A DNA stretch of 36,260 nucleotides from Chloroflexota bacterium (GTDB taxonomy: Bacteria; Chloroflexota; Limnocylindria; Limnocylindrales; CSP1-4), in the NCBI GenBank assembly GCA_031365595.1, contig JANLYK010000292.1, positions 1 to 36,260 on the forward strand, written 5' to 3'. The notes under the pieces are model-generated. The model saw nothing but the letters and a program-made list of their open reading frames with translations, did not search any database and was not told the DNA's origin. This document shows, piece after piece, positions 32,510 to 36,260 of the stretch; within the stretch, counting starts at the first letter, position 1, and each line of letters starts with the position of its first letter. Both the position numbers and the translations under genes were made by a program.

Positions 32510-32531
32510 CGCCCGATGGTAATCGGTCCGG

Positions 32532-33194
32532 TCAGGGTTGCTGTCCGGGAAATCTGGCCATCTGGTCGCGCGCCGTGTCCAACTCGCCGGCGGTCAGGAG
32601 GACGGCCCCCCCGGCCTGCTCGGCCCGAAGTGCGATCATTGCGATCTCCTCGATCCGCTCGGCCCGAAGCAGCGCACCCGCCACCGTCGTGCCGATGGCG
32701 ACCGCGCCGTGGTTGGCCAGGAGCACGGCGTTGTCTGCACCCAGCGTCGTCACCGCGTTCCGGGCCAGCTCGGCCGTCCCGAAGGTTGCGTACGGCGCGA
32801 CCCGGATCGTGTCGCGGCCACGCGCGACGAGGGTTGCCATCACGTAGTGGACCGCCAAGATGTCACGGCGTGTCGTCGCCCAGGCGGTCGCGAACGGCGA
32901 ATGGGTGTGGACGATCGCCTGGACGTCGGACCGGGCGGCGAAAACCTCGAGGTGGATCCACAGCTCCGAGCTGGGCTGATGGTGACCCGCCGATGGCGCC
33001 CCGTCGGCATCGACGATCACGACGTCGTCGGCGGTCATCTCGTCGTAGTCCATGGTCGATGGCGTGATGGCGATCCGGCCGTCCGCCAGCCGCGCCCCGA
33101 CGTTGCCCGACGTGCCGATCGCGAGGCCGCGCGTCCGGAGCAGGCGCGCGACCCGGACGACTTCGGTCCGGACCGCGAGCACCTCGTCACTCAT
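32532..33194 (-). CDS. Class II aldolase/adducin family protein (FucA / MtnB / OtnC-like)
   Basis: GTSGNVGARL, PSSELWIHLEVF (Glu), IVHTHSPFATAWA (His-x-His), LLANHGAVAIG (third His). The zinc-ligand pattern is intact. Confidence 0.8.
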   Translation of the reverse strand: MSDEVLAVRTEVVRVARLLRTRGLAIGTSGNVGARLADGRIAITPSTMDYDEMTADDVVIVDADGAPSAGHHQPSSELWIHLEVFAARSDVQAIVHTHSPFATAWATTRRDILAVHYVMATLVARGRDTIRVAPYATFGTAELARNAVTTLGADNAVLLANHGAVAIGTTVAGALLRAERIEEIAMIALRAEQAGGAVLLTAGELDTARDQMARFPGQQP

Positions 33195-33215
33195 GGCGCG
33201 CCTTCACGAACATTG

Positions 33216-33253
33216 GGTGGGCTTCGACGCCGGGCGGGCCGCGTCGACGCCCA
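33216..33253 (-). other. Intercistronic GC-rich stem-loop between the aminotransferase and aldolase genes
   Basis: Plus-strand arms GTGGGCTTCGACGC (33216-33229) and GCGTCGACGCCCAC (33240-33253), complementary at 13 of 14 positions, with a 10-nt loop. Confidence 0.45.
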
Positions 33254-33264
33254 CGCAAAGAGCG

Positions 33265-34608
33265 TCACGCGCCTGCGGCGGCGAGACTCTCGTCGATGAT
33301 CCCCAGCGCCTGATCGACCTCGTCGGCGGTGGTCACGAGCGGCGGGATGATCCGGACCACGTTCACGTAGGTGCCCGCGGTCAGGATGATCAGGTTGCGG
33401 GCCAGCGCCTCGGCCTGGACTTGCTTCGTGACCTCCGGATTCGGGACGCGACCGTCGCCCTCGCCGGGCTTGACGAACTCGAGAGCGAGCATCAGCCCGA
33501 GGCCGCGGATGTCGCCGATGGTCGGGTACTTCAAGGCAAGCGCCCGGAGGCCGGCCAGCATCTGGGTCCCGCGCTCGCGGGCGTTGGCGACCAGCCCTTC
33601 GTCCTCGATCACGTCGAGCGTCGCGTTGGCTGCGGCACAGGCGACGACGTTGCCGCCGTACGTCCCACCGTGGGAGCCGGGCGGCAACTTGTCCAGGATC
33701 GAGCGCTGGGCGACGATCCCGCTCAGCGGCAGGCCCGACGCGATCCCCTTGGCCATCACGAGGATGTCCGGCTCGACGCCCCAGTGGCTGACCGCGAACA
33801 GCGCGCCGGTCCGCCCGAAGCCGGTCTGGACCTCGTCGGCGATCAGCAGGATCCCGTGCTGGCGCGTGATCTCGCGAAGGCGCGGCAGGAAGCCGGGCGG
33901 CGGGACGAGATAGCCGCCCTCGCCGAGGACCGGCTCGACGATGATCGCCGCGACGTGCTCCGGGTAGACGAACTGGTGGAACGTCAGGTCGAGCTGGGCC
34001 TCCCAGTCGCAGGTGCAGTGCTCGTCCGGGGCGTGCGCCGCGCCGGGTGCCCGGTAGCAGTAGGGATAGGCCGTGTGGTAGACGGAGCCCGGCAGCGGCT
34101 CGAAGTGGCCGCGGTAGACATCCTTGGCGGTGGTCAATGCCATCGTCTGGCCGGTTCGCCCGTGGTAGCCGTAGCGGAAACCGAGAATGACCGGCCGGCC
34201 AGTCGCAATCCGGGCCAGCTTGACAGCGGCCTCGACCGCCTCGGCCCCGCTGTTCGACAGGAAGGCGCCCCAGCCGTCGCCGGGCAGGACGTGGCGGAGC
34301 CGCTCGTACAGGCGCAGGCCGGGCTCGTGGTAGGTGATGTTCTGCTGGGCATGGAGGATCTTGGCCGCCTGGGCCTGGACCGCGGCGACGACCCGCGGGT
34401 GGGCATGGCCGGTGTTGGTGACCCCGATCCCGCTCGAGTAGTCGAGGTAGCGCTCGCCGTCGGTGGTGATCAGCCACGAGCCCTCGCCGCGGTCCACCAC
34501 GAGGTTCGTGATCCGGCCCCAGACCGGCGGCACGACCGAGCGATCGGGCAGGGGACCGGACGCACCGGCCGGGGAGGCCGTGGACGGGGAGGCTGCAAGG
34601 TCGACCAT
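33265..34608 (-). CDS. Class III PLP-dependent aminotransferase (4-aminobutyrate/omega-amine aminotransferase-like)
   Basis: AGGAG upstream of ATG 34608. Blocks SGIGVTNTGHAHPRVV, EPVLGEGGY, LLIADEVQTGFGRTG, MAKGIASGLPLSG (PLP lysine). Confidence 0.85.
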   Translation of the reverse strand: MVDLAASPSTASPAGASGPLPDRSVVPPVWGRITNLVVDRGEGSWLITTDGERYLDYSSGIGVTNTGHAHPRVVAAVQAQAAKILHAQQNITYHEPGLRLYERLRHVLPGDGWGAFLSNSGAEAVEAAVKLARIATGRPVILGFRYGYHGRTGQTMALTTAKDVYRGHFEPLPGSVYHTAYPYCYRAPGAAHAPDEHCTCDWEAQLDLTFHQFVYPEHVAAIIVEPVLGEGGYLVPPPGFLPRLREITRQHGILLIADEVQTGFGRTGALFAVSHWGVEPDILVMAKGIASGLPLSGIVAQRSILDKLPPGSHGGTYGGNVVACAAANATLDVIEDEGLVANARERGTQMLAGLRALALKYPTIGDIRGLGLMLALEFVKPGEGDGRVPNPEVTKQVQAEALARNLIILTAGTYVNVVRIIPPLVTTADEVDQALGIIDESLAAAGA

Positions 34609-34625
34609 GGCCGGTGTGCTCCTGA

Positions 34626-35519
34626 CTAGCGGATCCGCGCCGCGCGGCCCGAGCGCAGCGTGGTGAGCCCGACGAGCGCGACGGCGCCGAGGAAGATGAT
34701 CGAGCCGATCACGTTGATCTGGACGGGCAGGGCGTTGCGCTGGATCGAGTAGACCCAGATCGGGAACGTGTTCGTCGTCCCGGACACAAAGTTGGTGATG
34801 ACGAAGTCGTCGATCGACAGGCTGAACGCGAGCAGCGCGGCGGCCATGATGCCCGGGAAGATCAGCGGCAATGTGACCCTCCAGAAGGTCGTCAACTCGT
34901 TGGCGCCGAGGTCCATCGCTGCCTCCTCGAGCCGCCGATCGAAGCCGGCGAGGCGGGCCTTGACCGTGACGACGACGTAGCTGATGTTGAACATCACGTG
35001 GGCGATCAGGATCGTCCCGAAGCCGGTCGGATACAGGGTCGGCACGGAGCCGGCCAGGGGTGGCAGTGCGGTGGCGACGAACAGCGTCAGCAGGCTCGCG
35101 CCGAGGACGATCTCGGGCGTCGCCATGGGCAGGAAGATGATGCCGTTGAGGGCGCCGCGGCCGCGAAAGTCGTAGCGGGTCAGGGCCAGGCCCATCATGG
35201 TCCCGATGATCGTGGCGATCACCGTCGAGATCACCGCCACCCCGAGGCTCGTGAATACCGCGTCGCCGAGGCCCGGCCAGTCGAACGGGTGAGCCCAGCC
35301 GTCGAGCGAGAACTTGTTCCAGATGTAGTTGAACTTGCCGTCCGGCTTGTTGAACGAGAACACGATCATCACCGCGATCGGGATCATCAGGTAGATGATC
35401 GCGATGGTCGTGAAGATCGGCAGGGCGCGTCGTTGAAGACCGTGCCGGAAGCCGCCGGACCGACGCCTCGGGGCCGCTTGGCCGGTCATCTCGCCCTGGA
35501 GCGCTGCGGTGTCGGTCAT
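34626..35519 (-). CDS. ABC transporter permease (PotC-like)
   Basis: Six hydrophobic segments. EAA loop EEAAMDLGANELTTFWRVTLPLIFPG. ATG 35519 shares one base with the upstream stop (TGATG). Confidence 0.8.
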   Translation of the reverse strand: MTDTAALQGEMTGQAAPRRRSGGFRHGLQRRALPIFTTIAIIYLMIPIAVMIVFSFNKPDGKFNYIWNKFSLDGWAHPFDWPGLGDAVFTSLGVAVISTVIATIIGTMMGLALTRYDFRGRGALNGIIFLPMATPEIVLGASLLTLFVATALPPLAGSVPTLYPTGFGTILIAHVMFNISYVVVTVKARLAGFDRRLEEAAMDLGANELTTFWRVTLPLIFPGIMAAALLAFSLSIDDFVITNFVSGTTNTFPIWVYSIQRNALPVQINVIGSIIFLGAVALVGLTTLRSGRAARIR

Positions 35520-36260
35520 CAGCCGGTCAGCTGCTCGGTGCCGAGGGCGCGTGCGTAGACCGTGACCGCGACCAGGATGCCGGCCATGAGGATGAACGAC
35601 AGCGCCGAGCCGACCGGGTAGTCGTTCTGGAGCAGGAGCCGGTTCTGGATGACGTTGCCGATCATCCGGGTCCCCGGGTTGCCGAGCAGCTCGGCGTTGA
35701 TGTAGTCGCCCATGGCCGGGATGAACGTCAGCAGCGAGCCTGCGAACACGCCCGGCAATGCCAGCGGCAACGTCACCCGGCGAAACGCGGCGGACCGGTT
35801 TGCGTAGAGGTCCTCGGCCGCCTCGATGAGCCGCACGTCGATCTTCTCGAGGGCGACGTACAGCGGCAGGATCATGAACGGCAGGAAGTTGTAGGTCAGG
35901 CCCGCGACCTGGGCGATCGGGGTGTTCAGGAGGCTGAACCGACCGTCGATGATCCCGGAGTGGCCGAGGAGCGGGATGTCGGCGTCGATCAAACCGAAGC
36001 CGTGCCGGAGTGGAGCCAGAAACGGCCCTTCGTCGCCGAGCAGGATCTTCCAGCTGATCGTCCGGATCAGGAAGCTCGTGAAGAACGGGGCGATGACCAG
36101 GAACAGGATCAGGTTCTTGTAGCGGCCGCCGCGGAACGCGATCGTGTAGGCCACGGGGAAGCCGATCGCGAGGGTCAGAAGCGTGGCCGCCCCGCCGAAC
36201 AGGATCGAGTTCAGGAACTGCTTGCCGAACTGGCCGATCGCCTTCGCATAGGCGTCGGTC
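35519..36260 (-). CDS. ABC transporter permease (PotB-like), partial, 5' end outside window
   Basis: The frame stays open to the window edge, and the ORF-track Met at 36154 is internal. EAA loop IEAAEDLYANRSAAFRRVTLPLALPG. Confidence 0.8.
   Translation of the reverse strand, partial: TDAYAKAIGQFGKQFLNSILFGGAATLLTLAIGFPVAYTIAFRGGRYKNLILFLVIAPFFTSFLIRTISWKILLGDEGPFLAPLRHGFGLIDADIPLLGHSGIIDGRFSLLNTPIAQVAGLTYNFLPFMILPLYVALEKIDVRLIEAAEDLYANRSAAFRRVTLPLALPGVFAGSLLTFIPAMGDYINAELLGNPGTRMIGNVIQNRLLLQNDYPVGSALSFILMAGILVAVTVYARALGTEQLTG

Noticed and set aside
1-36260. Defence systems, mobile elements, CRISPR arrays, tRNA/rRNA genes, long direct or inverted repeats
   Set aside because: I saw no nuclease, helicase, methylase, toxin, transposase, integrase or Cas-like ORFs, no spaced repeat arrays and no cloverleaf-like segments while reading the window. 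This is absence of evidence from a manual scan only.

Overview
GC-rich bacterial chromosomal window, judged by eye from the strong G/C bias at codon third positions. Frequent ATGA/GTGA gene overlaps and GTG starts fit an actinobacterial-type genome, but the taxon cannot be fixed from the sequence. I find 33 protein-coding genes, two of them cut by the window edges and one frame-broken. I see no rRNA, tRNA, CRISPR array, transposase, integrase, phage gene or recognisable defence gene. The window reads as a mosaic catabolic island for small phosphorylated polyols, sugars and glycerophosphodiesters. It contains three HutC-type GntR regulators, three FGGY kinases (one is GlpK), two glycerophosphodiesterases, two HAD phosphatases, two aminotransferases, one complete and one partial PotABCD-like ABC importer, and a fused GlpA-like flavoprotein. 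The most unusual element is a form IV RuBisCO-like protein (RLP, 9588-10856). It is translationally coupled into an operon of HisC-like aminotransferase, FGGY kinase, RLP, triosephosphate-isomerase paralog and RpiB paralog, and an MtnX-like HAD phosphatase gene converges on that operon. This gene combination matches none of the RLP pathways I know, so it is my best candidate for an undescribed system. Other points are a one-base frame break in the RpiB-family gene and a palindromic heptamer, GTCTGAC, recurring in AT-richer control regions beside the GntR genes. There is also a possible AUC start codon, an AraB/AraM/AraL-like gene triad followed by an orphan barrel protein, and a flavoprotein domain fusion. 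All calls come from manual motif reading. No database search, HMM scan or folding program was run. Start codons are the least certain part of the coordinates.
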